Shown here: piece after piece, positions 1 to 11,430 of the stretch | Position numbering within the stretch: position 1 is the first letter of the stretch | How the letters are laid out: each line of letters begins with the position of its first letter | Assembly (NCBI GenBank): GCA_046351595.1 | Contig: JAXLYE010000002.1 | Location: 1,496,022-1,560,021 of the forward strand | Direction of reading: 5' to 3' | DNA length: 64,000 nt | From: Polyangia bacterium | GTDB lineage: Bacteria > Myxococcota_A > Polyangia > Palsa-1104 > JAEUJZ01 | Program-made: the position numbers and the translations under genes | Notes under the pieces: generated by a model | The model's database searches: none | What the model was told of the DNA's origin: nothing | What the model saw: the letters and a program-made list of their open reading frames with translations, nothing else

Positions 1-153
1 GTCAGCATCGCCGCGTGGCAGCCGTGCCCGGGCAGCAGCCCCTGCACGTCGTTGCTGACCATGCCGTGGAGGAAGCGCTTACGGTCCTTGCCGACGACAC
101 GGAGGCGCGTGCGCTCGGCCGTCAGCGACCGGAAGGAGATCGTGTTCATCATC
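1..153 (-). CDS. YgfZ/GcvT-like folate-binding protein, N-terminal ~50 aa only; gene continues beyond the window start
   Basis: Minus-strand translation from ATG ~150/153: MNTISFRSLTAERTRLRVVGKDRKRFLHGMVSNDVQGLLPG, the typical N-terminus of the aminomethyltransferase folate-binding (YgfZ/GcvT) family. Strong GC3 bias. Confidence 0.5.
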
Positions 154-259
154 TGTCGGCACGTTAACCCAAGCCCCGCGCCGCGCAACACATTAGGCCG
201 CGCGCACGACGCGACGGGCGCGGTGGCCGTCGTCGCCGCCGTCGCCGTCGCCGTCGCCG

Positions 260-1846
<1,587 letters not shown>

Positions 1847-1921
1847 ATCAAGTCACGCCGCAAATCGAAGGCGCCTGGTGGCAAGGCACGCAGCAGGGCG
1901 CCCGGCGGTCACGGTGCGCGC

Positions 1922-1961
1922 AAAAAAAGACCCCGCGCCGGCGTGCGGCCGACGCGGGGTG
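1922..1961 (-). terminator. Rho-independent terminator (GACCCCGCG stem-loop followed by T7 on the minus strand)
   Basis: Plus strand reads aaaaaaaGACCCCGCG-ccggcgtgcggccga-CGCGGGGT. On the minus strand this is a GC hairpin followed by TTTTTTT, just downstream of the small minus-strand gene ending at 2016. Confidence 0.5.
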
Positions 1962-2015
1962 CTAAGTCGGGCGGCCCGCGGTGACGGCGTCTTCCGTCGC
2001 TGCGGGCCTCGGGGT

Positions 2016-2168
2016 TCAGGTGGTCTTCTTGTCCGTGGAGCCCTTCTTCGCGTCCTTGGCCTTCTCCGCGGTGGCGCCGCCCTTGTCCTTGTGCTCCTTG
2101 CCGTCGCAAGCCAGCGCCGGACCGGCCAGCAGCATCGAGCCAACCACCAGGGTGAGCAGGGTCTTCAT
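2016..2168 (-). CDS. Small secreted/lipoprotein-like protein (~50 aa), Lys/Asp-rich
   Basis: Internal start MKTLLTLVVGSMLLAGPALAC preceded by AGGAGG 6 nt upstream. Signal peptide with a Cys after LA, then a KDK-rich tail. A terminator lies immediately downstream. Confidence 0.45.
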   Translation of the reverse strand: MKTLLTLVVGSMLLAGPALACDGKEHKDKGGATAEKAKDAKKGSTDKKTT

Positions 2169-2308
2169 CGGGGTCCTCCTTCGCTCGAGAAAGCGCGCAG
2201 CCCTTCTTCCAACCGACTTCGACTGGTGGCCGCCGCGCCGGCACATTGCATCCGATGCCGCTGACAACGCCGGGCGCGCGCCGGCTATTCCTCGCCTCGG
2301 AGCGGGCC

Positions 2309-3346
2309 TCAGGCTTTCTCGGCGAGCCAGACCTTGCTGCGGAACCAGAGCTCGCTCTGCTTCACCTGGAAGCCGTGCGAGCGCAGGAGCGCGGGCACAT
2401 CGAGGCGCTGGTAGGCCTTGAAGTACGGCTCGTTGAAGGTGCGCGCGAACCAGTCGCTGACGTTGTGCGCGATCTCGCTGAGGTCGCCGCCGTAGTCACG
2501 CTCCTGCGCCGAGTCCATGAGCACGAGCCGGCCGCCGGGCTTGAGCACGCGCGCCATCTCGGCCACGACGTTCTCCTGCGCGCGCCGCGGCAGCTCGTGG
2601 AACAGCCAGATGCAGGTGACCAGGTCGAAGCGGCCGCTCCACTCGGGGCGCAGCGACTCGGCGTTCATCTGCAGGAACTCGGCGCGCTGGCCGCGGCCGC
2701 CGTGGAAGCGCCGCGCCACCTTGAGGTACGCGGGCGACAGGTCGATGCCGGTGACGTGGTGCTTGCGCCCCTGCGGACGCGCCAGCCCGAGCCACGTCGC
2801 GTTGCCGCAGGCCACGTCGAGGATGTCGAGGTGATCGCCGGGCGGGACGTGCTCGATGACGCCCTGGCGCATCAGCCGGTTGGCGCCGAAGAACAGCACG
2901 CGGATCTGCAGCTCGTAGGTCAGCGCCGACTGCAGCGACAGGTTGCCGTTCTTCTGGTTGTGGAAGTCGTTGAGGTAGTAGTCGGGGTAGGGGAACGAGT
3001 CGGGCGGGGTCACCGGCAGGCGGACGGTCCGGGCGCGCAGCTTGCGCAGCATGCGCGCCAGATCGAGCGGCAGCGCCGCCAGGAACACCGGCAGGAGCAG
3101 CAGATCCTCGCGCTCGGCCGCGCGCAGCGCCGCCGCGAAGCCGGGTCGCGAGAGCAGGCGGGCGTTGAGCTCGTAGATCTCGCGCGCGACGGCGGCCAGG
3201 GCCTCGGGGCGCTCGCCGCGGGGGCGGGGCACGGCGGTGCGGGCGATGGCGTGGGCTCCGGCGTGCACCATCGTGCGCAGCGCCGCCTCGGGGGCGTCGC
3301 GGAAGGACGTTACGACTTCTTCCAGACGGGGAAAGCTCGACAGCAT
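2309..3346 (-). CDS. Class I SAM-dependent methyltransferase
   Basis: 345-aa ORF with motif I-like LDVACGNATW, and VLKPGGRLVL as the post-motif II/III region. Confidence 0.8.
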   Translation of the reverse strand: MLSSFPRLEEVVTSFRDAPEAALRTMVHAGAHAIARTAVPRPRGERPEALAAVAREIYELNARLLSRPGFAAALRAAEREDLLLLPVFLAALPLDLARMLRKLRARTVRLPVTPPDSFPYPDYYLNDFHNQKNGNLSLQSALTYELQIRVLFFGANRLMRQGVIEHVPPGDHLDILDVACGNATWLGLARPQGRKHHVTGIDLSPAYLKVARRFHGGRGQRAEFLQMNAESLRPEWSGRFDLVTCIWLFHELPRRAQENVVAEMARVLKPGGRLVLMDSAQERDYGGDLSEIAHNVSDWFARTFNEPYFKAYQRLDVPALLRSHGFQVKQSELWFRSKVWLAEKA

Positions 3347-3534
3347 CGCGTCACCTCTTGGAGCGGGCAGGGTGAGACGTTCTTTGCCAGGGCTACTAGC
3401 AGGCTCGACGGTTCAGCCGGTCCACGGGACCGCCTTGCAATGATAGCCAACAGCAGCGACGGCGGCAGCCTGAGCTGTGGGCCTCTCCGTCGGCACCGCC
3501 GCCGCTTCACGTTTCCCCGTCGCCAAAATCGGCC

Positions 3535-3590
3535 TTTAATCTGATAATTTTTATGTAATTCAATTAACTGAACGAAAAGATAGAGGTTCC
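3535..3590 (+). promoter_or_regulatory. AT-rich promoter island plus RBS (AGAGG) for the S9 peptidase gene; GTG start at 3593
   Basis: taatctgataatttttatgtaattcaattaactgaacgaaaagatagaggttcccc GTG is a ~50-bp AT-rich stretch, very atypical for this genome, directly upstream of the ORF. Confidence 0.35.
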
Positions 3591-3592
3591 CC

Positions 3593-5872
3593 GTGCTGCG
3601 ACCGACTGCAACCGTCTCTGTCTCGCTGGCGCTCGCGCTGAGCGCGGCGATCGGGGCTCCGGCGACGGCTGCGCCCCGCCCGTTCACCTTCGATGACTAC
3701 GCCCGGCTGGTGAAGCTCGGCGACCCGCAGGTCACGCCGGACCTGCGCATGCTGTTCTTCTCGCAGGCGCGGGCGCGCCTGGACACCAACCGCTGGCAGA
3801 GCGCCATCTGGATGCAGCCGCTCGGGGCCGGCCTTGTGCCGAGCGGTCCGGCGGTGCAGTTCACCTTCCCCGAGCGCGGCCAGAAGGGCGAGGGCCAGGA
3901 CCTTTTGCCGCGCCTGTCGCCCGACGGGCAGAAGCTAGCGTTCCTGTCGACGCGCGACGGCGCCGAGCCGCAGCTGTACGTGCTCAACCTGCTCGGCGGC
4001 GAGGCGCGCAAGCTCACCAGCCTGTCCGCCGGGATCAGCGGCGCGCCGCGGTGGACGCCGGACAGCCGCGCCCTGATCGTGCCGGCGCGCCTGTTCGCCG
4101 ACTGCCCGCCGTTCCCGGCCGCCGCCGCCGCCGAGTGCGATCACAAGCGCTCCGAGGCGCAGGAGAAGAACCCGGTCGGCGCGCGCCTCATCGACCGGCT
4201 GTTCTACCGCCACTGGGACGACTGGTACGACGGGCGCCGCTCGCACCTCTTGCGCGTGGCGCTGCCCGACGGGGCGCTGCCGGCCAGCGGGCCCGCGACG
4301 GCGCCTGGCCCGGCGGCCGGTGCCGCGAGCGGGCAGGCGGCGCCTCAGGCGGTGCTGCCGGCGGCGCTCGTCGACCTGACGCCGGGCGACTGGGACACGC
4401 CGCCCATCGCCCGCGCCGGCGACGAGCCGTACGCCATCTCGCCCGACGGCAAGGAGCTGGCCTATGTGCAGAACCGCGACAAGGACATCGCGTCCTCGAC
4501 GAACAACGACATCTGGGTGGTGCCGCTCGGCAAGGACGGGGCGGCCGCGGGCCAGCCGCGCAATCTGACCAGCAAGAACCTCGCGACCGACGCGGCGCCG
4601 CGCTACTCGCCCGACGGGCGCTTCCTGTCGTACCTGGCGCAGCGGCGCGCCGGCTTCGAGGGCGACAAGTTTGAGGTCTGGTTATACGACCGCGTGACCG
4701 GCCAGAACCGCTCGCTCACCGAGAAGTTCGAGCACTCGGCCGGGGAGCTCGAGTGGTCGCCCGACAGCCAGCGCCTGTACTTCACCACCTCGGTCAAGGG
4801 CCGCGGCGCGCTCTACTCCGTCGACATCAGCGGCAAGACGCCGCCGGCCGAGCTCAACGTCGGTGACACGCACGCGATCTCGGTCGCGCGCACCAAGGAC
4901 GGGCCGACGCTGTACTTCCTGCGCGGCTCGCTCAGCCGCCCGCCCGAGGTGCACCGCCTGGACCTCGACGCCACGCACAAGCCGGCCGCCGCCGCCGCGG
5001 TGATGACGCGGCAGAACGACGCCGTGCTCGCGGAGCTCAAGCTCGGCGCCTCGAGCCAGCTGTTCGCCAAGAGCGCCGACGGGCTGAACCTGCACAGCCA
5101 CCTGGTGACGCCGCCGGACTTCTCGCCGAGCAAGAAGTACCCGGCGGTGGTGCTGATCCACGGCGGGCCGCAGGGCGCCTGGGAGGACTTCTGGCAGTGG
5201 CGCTGGAACGCGCAGCTGTTCGCCGGCGCCGGCTACGTCGTGCTCATGCCCAACCCGCGCGGCTCCGAGGGCTTCGGTCAGAAGTTCGTCGACGAGGTTT
5301 CGGGCGACTGGGGCGGCAAGCCCTACGACGACGTCATGCGCGCCGTCGACGTGCTGATGGCGCAGCCCTACATCGACGGCAAGCGCGTCGCCGCCCTGGG
5401 CGCCAGCTTCGGCGGCTACATGGTCAACTGGATCGCCGGCCACAGCGATCGCTTCGCCTGCCTGGTCAGCCACGCTGGCGTCTACGACCTGCGCTCGATG
5501 TACGGCGAGACCGAGGAGATCTGGTTCACGCGCTGGGAGTACCGCGGCGATCCGTGGGGCCCGGGCGCAGAGCTCTACGACAAGTTCAGCCCCTCGCGCT
5601 TCGCGCAGAACTTCAAGACACCGACGCTGGTCGTCGCCGGTGAGCACGACTACCGCGTGCCCTTTGGGCAGTCGATGCAGTTTTTCACCGCGCTGCAGCA
5701 GCGCAAGGTGCCCTCGCGCCTGCTCCTGTTCCCCGAGGAGAACCACTGGGTGCAGCGGCCGGGCAACGCGCGGCTGTGGTACGGCGTGGTGCTCGACTGG
5801 CTCAGCCGCTACCTCGGCGGCGCCAAGGTCGATCCCAAGGTCCTCGACACCGCCACCACGTTCGCGCGCTAG
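3593..5872 (+). CDS. S9 family serine peptidase (prolyl oligopeptidase/acylaminoacyl-peptidase-like) with N-terminal beta-propeller and signal peptide
   Basis: N-terminal signal peptide and TolB-like WD/propeller repeats (SPDGK.., YSPDGRF..). C-terminal catalytic domain: GGPQGAW, GASFGGYM with nucleophile Ser in GxSxGG, and EHDYRVP. Confidence 0.85.
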   Translation: MLRPTATVSVSLALALSAAIGAPATAAPRPFTFDDYARLVKLGDPQVTPDLRMLFFSQARARLDTNRWQSAIWMQPLGAGLVPSGPAVQFTFPERGQKGEGQDLLPRLSPDGQKLAFLSTRDGAEPQLYVLNLLGGEARKLTSLSAGISGAPRWTPDSRALIVPARLFADCPPFPAAAAAECDHKRSEAQEKNPVGARLIDRLFYRHWDDWYDGRRSHLLRVALPDGALPASGPATAPGPAAGAASGQAAPQAVLPAALVDLTPGDWDTPPIARAGDEPYAISPDGKELAYVQNRDKDIASSTNNDIWVVPLGKDGAAAGQPRNLTSKNLATDAAPRYSPDGRFLSYLAQRRAGFEGDKFEVWLYDRVTGQNRSLTEKFEHSAGELEWSPDSQRLYFTTSVKGRGALYSVDISGKTPPAELNVGDTHAISVARTKDGPTLYFLRGSLSRPPEVHRLDLDATHKPAAAAAVMTRQNDAVLAELKLGASSQLFAKSADGLNLHSHLVTPPDFSPSKKYPAVVLIHGGPQGAWEDFWQWRWNAQLFAGAGYVVLMPNPRGSEGFGQKFVDEVSGDWGGKPYDDVMRAVDVLMAQPYIDGKRVAALGASFGGYMVNWIAGHSDRFACLVSHAGVYDLRSMYGETEEIWFTRWEYRGDPWGPGAELYDKFSPSRFAQNFKTPTLVVAGEHDYRVPFGQSMQFFTALQQRKVPSRLLLFPEENHWVQRPGNARLWYGVVLDWLSRYLGGAKVDPKVLDTATTFAR

Positions 5873-5886
5873 CTCCTCGACCCGCC

Positions 5887-8800
5887 TTACTTCGACCCGC
5901 GCCGCAGCGACGCGCACAGCGCGCTCACCAGATCGAGCGCGGCGCGCGGCGACAGCTCGTCACAGTCCACCGCGTTGAGGCGCAGGAGCACCTCGTCCTC
6001 GGCGGCGCTGCGCGCAGGCTCCTGCGGCGGCGGTGGCAGCGGCGTCGGCTGCGCGGCCACGGCCTCGCCGAGCAGCAGCGACAGCTGCCCGGCACGCAGC
6101 GGCGGCACCCCGTGCACCGGCAGCGCCGCCTGGCCCTCGCGCTGCTGCGCCGACTCGAGCGCGTGCAGGATCTCGCGCGCGCGAACGAGCACGCTCTTGG
6201 GCAGCCCCGCCAGCTTCGCCACCTCGAGCCCGTACGAGCGGTTGGCGCCGCCCGGCACCAGCTTGTGCAAAAACACCACGTCGCCCTGGTACTGCCGCAC
6301 CGCCACCGAGAAGTTGCGCGCCCGCGGCCGCGCCGCCGCCAGCGCGCACAGCTCGTGGTAGTGCGTCGCGAACAGCGTCTTGCAGCCGATGACGTCGTGC
6401 AGATACTCGGCCACCGCCCAGGCGATCGAGACGCCGTCGTAGGTCGAGGTGCCGCGGCCGATCTCGTCGAGCACGACCAGCGAGCGGCGCGTGGCGCGGC
6501 GCAGGATCTGGCTGGTCTCGCGCATCTCGACCATGAACGTCGACTCGCCGCGCGACAGGTTGTCCGAGGCGCCGACGCGCGTGCACACGCGGTCGACGAT
6601 CCCGAGCTCGGCCTTGTGCGCCGGCACGAACGAGCCCATCTGACCGAGGATGCAGATCAGCGCCACCTGCCGCATCACCGTCGACTTGCCCGCCATGTTC
6701 GGCCCGGTGAGGATGAGCAGCTGCTCGCTGTCGGGATCGAGCGCGGTGTCGTTGGGCACGAAGCGCCCGCGCTCGGCCACCTGCTCGACGACGGGGTGGC
6801 GGCCGTCTTCGATCAGCGTGCGCAGGTCCGAGGTCATCTGCGGCCGCACGTAGCCGTGGCGGTGCGCGAGCTCGCCGAGGCCGCACAGCGCGTCGAGCTG
6901 CGCCACCCGCTGCGCCAGCGCGAGCAGCCGCTCGCTGTGCGGCGCGAGCGCCTGCCGCAGCGACTCGAACAGCTGCAGCTCCAGCTCGATCCGCCGCTCC
7001 TCGGCGCCGAGCACCTTGGCCTCGTACTCGGCGAGCTCGGTGGTGACGAAGCGCTCGGCGTTGACCGTGGTCTGCTTGCGGATGTAGTCCGCGGGCACGC
7101 GCGCAAGGTTCGCGCGCGTGATCTCGATGTAGTAGCCGAAGACCTTGTTGTAGCGGACCTTCAGCGACGTGATGCCCGAGCGCTCGCGCTCGCGCTCCTC
7201 GATGCGCTGGATGTGGTCCTTGCCGCCCTGCGACAGGTCGGTCAGCTCATCGAGCTCGGCGCTGAAGCCGCGGCGGATGAAGCCGCCCTCGCGGAAGGCC
7301 ACGGGCGGGCTGTCGACGATCGCCGCGGCGATGTGCTCGCGCAGGTCGGCGCACAGGTCACTGCCGAGATCGAGCAGCGGCGGCAGCCCGCCCGCGAGCG
7401 CCTCGAGCGCGGCGCCCGGCCCGGTGCCCGTCGGTGCCGCGGCCTGGCTGACGAGCTGCACGAGGCGCGGCAGGCAGGACAGGCTGTGCTGCAGCGCCGC
7501 CAGATCACGCGGCGTCGCCTGCTGCGTCACCAGGCGGCCGGTGAGCCGCTCCAGGTCGTGGATCTCCTTGAGCGCCTCGCGCGCCGCGTGCCGCGCCGCC
7601 TGGCGCTCGACCATGAACTCGACCGCGTCGTGCCGCCGCCGGATCGGGCCGAGCTGCATCAGCGGCTGCAGCAGCCAGCGGCGCAAGAGGCGCCCGCCCA
7701 TCGCCGTGCGCGTGTGGTCGATGACCGAGAGCAGCGAGCCCTGGCGCTTGCGCTCCATCAGCGTCGCCAAAAGCTCCAGGTTGGTCTTGGTCGACTCGTC
7801 GATGATCAGGCTGTCCGCGGGCCGGTACAGGCGCAGCCGGAACAGCGGCAGGCCGCCGGCGGGCTGGGTGGCGCGGGCGTAGCGCACGCACGCGGCGGCC
7901 GCGGCCAGCGCCAGCGGCCAGTCGCTCGCGCGCGGCGGCGCGTCGGTCAGCGCCGGCTCGCCCGCCTCGGCCTTCTTGTCCCGCTCCCGGTCCTTGTCCC
8001 GGTCCTTGTCTTTGGCCCGCGCGCCCGCCCCGCCCGCGGCCGCCGGCTCCTCGGTGAGCAGGCCGGTGAGCAGCGCCTGATCGTCGCGCGCGCTCTCGCT
8101 GCGGCTGATCCCGACCGGGATGCGCAGGCGGCGAACCAGGGCCGTGACCAGGGGGCTCGTGGCCTCGGCGGCGCCCGGGGCCAGGCCGAGCGCGTCGTGG
8201 CTGGTACCCGGGCCCGCGGGCGCAACCACCAGCGCCTCGGCGGGCTCGATGCGCAGCGCCTCCTCCAGCGCCTCGGCCTCACCGAGCTCGGTCGCCGCGA
8301 ACTCGCCGGTCGAGGCGTCGAGGTAGGCCAGCCCGACGCGATCACCCGATCCGTCCCGCGCGGGCAGCGGCGCCAGCGCGAGCAGGTAGTGCCCGGCCTT
8401 GGGCTCGAGCTGCTCCTCCTCGAGGATGACGCCGGGCGTGATGACCTGGGTGACGGCGCGCCGGACGATCTTCTTGGCCTTGCGCGCGTCCTCGACCTGG
8501 TCGCAGATCGCGACCTTCTTGCCCAGCGCGATGAGCTTGGCGACGTAGTGCTTGGCGGCGTGGTGCGGCACGCCGCACATCGGCACCGGCACCTCCTTGT
8601 TCTTGTCGCGCGCGGTCAGCGTCAGGTCGAGCAGCTGCGACACCACCACCGCGTCGTCGAAGAACATCTCGTAGAAGTCGCCGAGGCGGAAGAAGACGAT
8701 GCAGTCGGGGTAGCGCTCCTTGACCTCGAGGTACTGGCGCATCACCGGCGTGTCGACGGCGGGGATGGCGGTGCGGGCGCGCGCCGGGCGCGCCTGGGCC

Positions 8801-8958
8801 AGCGGGTCGCTCGCGCCGGGGGGCTCGGCGGCCTCGGCGCCCTCGGCGAGCCCGGCGTCGGCGAGCTGCGGCGGCAGCGTGTGCTCGGCCGCGCCGAGCG
8901 AGGAAGGATCCGAGTCCGCATCTACAGGCGAACTCGGCATGACAGCGACGGAAGACAT
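5887..8958 (-). CDS. mutS: DNA mismatch repair protein MutS
   Basis: TPVMRQYLEVKERYPDCIVFFRLGDFYEMFFDDA, Walker A GPNMAGKST, and DEIGRGTSTYDG. Has a ~70-aa low-complexity N-terminal extension and an internal KDKDRDKDRERDK insert. Confidence 0.95.
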   Translation of the reverse strand: MSSVAVMPSSPVDADSDPSSLGAAEHTLPPQLADAGLAEGAEAAEPPGASDPLAQARPARARTAIPAVDTPVMRQYLEVKERYPDCIVFFRLGDFYEMFFDDAVVVSQLLDLTLTARDKNKEVPVPMCGVPHHAAKHYVAKLIALGKKVAICDQVEDARKAKKIVRRAVTQVITPGVILEEEQLEPKAGHYLLALAPLPARDGSGDRVGLAYLDASTGEFAATELGEAEALEEALRIEPAEALVVAPAGPGTSHDALGLAPGAAEATSPLVTALVRRLRIPVGISRSESARDDQALLTGLLTEEPAAAGGAGARAKDKDRDKDRERDKKAEAGEPALTDAPPRASDWPLALAAAAACVRYARATQPAGGLPLFRLRLYRPADSLIIDESTKTNLELLATLMERKRQGSLLSVIDHTRTAMGGRLLRRWLLQPLMQLGPIRRRHDAVEFMVERQAARHAAREALKEIHDLERLTGRLVTQQATPRDLAALQHSLSCLPRLVQLVSQAAAPTGTGPGAALEALAGGLPPLLDLGSDLCADLREHIAAAIVDSPPVAFREGGFIRRGFSAELDELTDLSQGGKDHIQRIEERERERSGITSLKVRYNKVFGYYIEITRANLARVPADYIRKQTTVNAERFVTTELAEYEAKVLGAEERRIELELQLFESLRQALAPHSERLLALAQRVAQLDALCGLGELAHRHGYVRPQMTSDLRTLIEDGRHPVVEQVAERGRFVPNDTALDPDSEQLLILTGPNMAGKSTVMRQVALICILGQMGSFVPAHKAELGIVDRVCTRVGASDNLSRGESTFMVEMRETSQILRRATRRSLVVLDEIGRGTSTYDGVSIAWAVAEYLHDVIGCKTLFATHYHELCALAAARPRARNFSVAVRQYQGDVVFLHKLVPGGANRSYGLEVAKLAGLPKSVLVRAREILHALESAQQREGQAALPVHGVPPLRAGQLSLLLGEAVAAQPTPLPPPPQEPARSAAEDEVLLRLNAVDCDELSPRAALDLVSALCASLRRGSK

Positions 8959-9033
8959 GGGCCGGGCTTTAGCAGAACGGGGCCGGGCGCGTAAAGCGCC
9001 GCAGCGACAAGCAGGCCCGGCGGATGCCTTCGC

Positions 9034-9276
9034 TCAGCTCGCGATCACGGGCGCGCTCGGACCCGGCCCGCCCGCGGGCGACGGGTCTTCCACCCGCGGC
9101 ACTGGCATGTCGGGATCGTGCGCGGGCTCGGGGTCGCGGCGCGGCGGCTCGGCCGGCGTTGGATCGATCTTCGGCGGCTCGGGCTGCTGGCCCGGCGGCG
9201 GGTCGATCTCGGGCTGCGGCGGCAGCTTGGTGGGATCCGGCGGCGGCTCTTCAGGGATCTGCGTGGGCGTGGTCAT
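9034..9276 (-). CDS. Proline-rich small protein (TonB-linker-like EPP/KIDP repeats), hypothetical
   Basis: MTTPTQIPEEPPPDPTKLPPQPEIDPPPGQQPEPPKIDP... with ~90% GC3, consistent with real coding. Confidence 0.35.
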   Translation of the reverse strand: MTTPTQIPEEPPPDPTKLPPQPEIDPPPGQQPEPPKIDPTPAEPPRRDPEPAHDPDMPVPRVEDPSPAGGPGPSAPVIAS

Positions 9277-9361
9277 GCAATGAAGTCTGACCGCGCCCAT
9301 CGCCACGGCAATCGGGCAGCCCGGGCCGCGCCGCGCGCAGCGGCTCAGCCGCCCCGTCCCG

Positions 9362-10246
9362 TCATCCGATGATCGGCCGCTTGCGCTCGGCGTACAGGCG
9401 GTCGAGGGCCTGCTGCATGCGCTCGCGCACGAAGTTGAAGCACATCTCGGCGAGCTTGGGATCGTCCAGGTCGGCGGCGCTCAGCGGGCGGCCGAGGATC
9501 TGCTCGGCCAGCGCGACGATGTCGATGGGCTCGAGGATCTCGCAGGTGATCTTGGCGGGCAGCGGCAGCTGCGGGAAGCAGGCGCCCGGCCAGATGCCCA
9601 GCGGCAGGCCGGCGACGATCGGGAAGACGTCGGCGCGGAACAGGCGGCGGAAGCCGGCGCGCTCGGCGAACCAGGTGCCGCGCGCCAGGACGAAGAAGGT
9701 CTCGTGCACGCCGGCCGAGACCACCGGCGTCACGCGCAGCCGGCGGCGCAGCGCGTGGCGGATGAAGCCGGTGCGGCCGCCCAGGGTGATGCGCTTGCGC
9801 TCCCAGAACGGGCGGAAGGTCTCGCCGGCCGCGCCCGGGTAGATCAGCACCGAGTGGCCGGCGTCCATCACGCGGTCGAGGTTCTGGCGGTCCGCCAGCA
9901 CCGCGCCGATGCGCCGCAGCCCGTCGACGAAGCGCAGCACCATGTCGTGCACCAGGAAGTGCAGCGGGCGCTTGAAGTTGAAGTGGCGGTGCCACGCCGC
10001 GCCGATGATCAGCGCGTCGATCGGCAGCATGCCGCCGTCGTGGTTGGCGACCAGCATGGTCTGCTCGGGCGGCAGCCGCTCGGTGCCGCGGACCTCGGCG
10101 CGGAAGTAGTAGCGGAAGATCGGGTCGAGGTAGCGCACCACGCGGCGCGCCATCTCGGGATCGAACTCGAAACGGTCCCCTCTGCGTAGACGCTGCGGCA
10201 TCGTTTGGCGCTCCCAACCAATGCCTGAGGTACCGCCGTCTTTCAT
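9362..10246 (-). CDS. Lysophospholipid/glycerolipid acyltransferase (PlsC/LPLAT superfamily)
   Basis: LVANHDGGMLPIDALI as an acyltransferase motif-I-like region. Start MKDGG overlaps the upstream gene's stop as ATGA, indicating translational coupling. Confidence 0.7.
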   Translation of the reverse strand: MKDGGTSGIGWERQTMPQRLRRGDRFEFDPEMARRVVRYLDPIFRYYFRAEVRGTERLPPEQTMLVANHDGGMLPIDALIIGAAWHRHFNFKRPLHFLVHDMVLRFVDGLRRIGAVLADRQNLDRVMDAGHSVLIYPGAAGETFRPFWERKRITLGGRTGFIRHALRRRLRVTPVVSAGVHETFFVLARGTWFAERAGFRRLFRADVFPIVAGLPLGIWPGACFPQLPLPAKITCEILEPIDIVALAEQILGRPLSAADLDDPKLAEMCFNFVRERMQQALDRLYAERKRPIIG

Positions 10247-11217
10247 GCAAGCGCTCCGGCTGGCTGATCCGCCGGGCAGTCCGGATCCAGCTGCGCAGCG
10301 GCCGGCAGCGGGCCGAGCGCCCGGAACAGGCGGTGCACGGCCGCGATCACGGCCTCGGGGTGCTCGAACGTCGGCATGTGCCCGATCTCGGGTAGCTCCA
10401 CCAGCTCGCACCGCGGCATGCGCTTGAGCACCGAGCGCACGTCGTGCAGCCGCAAGAGCGTGTCGGCCTCGCCCCAGACCACCTGCGTCGGCACCGTGAT
10501 GCGCGGCAGCTCATCGATGAGATCCGTCGTGAGCTCGGCCAAGAGCGGGCAGGCGTGGTAGGCGAACTCCCAGGCGAAGCGCGGGTCGTAGCGGTCCAGC
10601 ACCTGGTGCATGAAGCGCTGCGCCCGCGCCGTCTTGCGCGTCGGCTTCGAGAAGATGAACTGCAGGATGAAGCGGAAGCTGCCGAGCATCACCCCAGCGA
10701 CGACGTTCGGCGTCAACAGGCGCGGCCCGACGCGGCGGTACACCGCCGGGAAGCGGTGCAGCCCGGCGCTGTTCAGGAGCACCAGGCCGAGCACTCGCTC
10801 GGGGTGGCGCAGCGCCAGCTCGAGCGCGACCCGGCCGCCGAAGGAGTGGCCGAGGACCACGACGCGCTCGAGCCCCAGGTGATCGAGCAGCCGCAGCGCC
10901 GCCGCGGTGACGTCGCCGATGCGCCAGGGCCGCCGCGGCTTGGCCGAGTGGCCGCAGCCCGGCATGTCCAGCCCGACGATGCGGCTGCTGGCGGCGAGCG
11001 CCGGTGCCACGTACTCGAACTGGGTGAAGTTGATGCCCAGGGCGTGCAGCATCAGGATCGGCGGCTGGCCCGCGCCCCCGTCGGGCTCCGCTCCGGGAGC
11101 GGCCACGGGCTCGCCGGTGTCGAAGTAGCACAGCGGGCCGTGCGGGCTGCCGAAGAAGCGGTCGGGGTACGGGAAGGTTTCGGAGCGCATCGGCTCCAGG
11201 CTGGGAACCCTCTGCAT
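10243..11217 (-). CDS. Alpha/beta hydrolase fold protein
   Basis: LGHSFGG nucleophile elbow, PILMLHALG, and a C-terminal H in GHMPTFEHP. Start MQRVPSL chosen; an upstream alternative exists at 11292. Confidence 0.8.
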   Translation of the reverse strand: MQRVPSLEPMRSETFPYPDRFFGSPHGPLCYFDTGEPVAAPGAEPDGGAGQPPILMLHALGINFTQFEYVAPALAASSRIVGLDMPGCGHSAKPRRPWRIGDVTAAALRLLDHLGLERVVVLGHSFGGRVALELALRHPERVLGLVLLNSAGLHRFPAVYRRVGPRLLTPNVVAGVMLGSFRFILQFIFSKPTRKTARAQRFMHQVLDRYDPRFAWEFAYHACPLLAELTTDLIDELPRITVPTQVVWGEADTLLRLHDVRSVLKRMPRCELVELPEIGHMPTFEHPEAVIAAVHRLFRALGPLPAAAQLDPDCPADQPAGALA

Positions 11218-11330
11218 GAGCAGGAATATAGAGCGCCGGACCCGCGCCGGAAACTGTCCGCTCGGCCCGCCACGTCGCCACGGCGGCACCAAAAGATCGA
11301 TCGGGCAGGTCGGGCCGGCTGGATCCGCGT

Positions 11331-11398
11331 GAAAACCCGATCCGGCGGGGTCGAAACGGGTCTTAGGGGCGTAAAACCCGATCCGGCGGGGTCGGGAC
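11331..11398. repeat. Two ~22-bp direct repeats (aaaacccgatccggcggggtcg) 46 bp apart in an intergenic region
   Basis: gaaaacccgatccggcggggtcgaaac ... gtaaaacccgatccggcggggtcgggac. Each copy contains a CCCG...CGGG partial palindrome. Confidence 0.4.
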
Positions 11399-11430
11399 GA
11401 GCCTTCCCGGCGAAAGGCTCGAGCCGGCGC

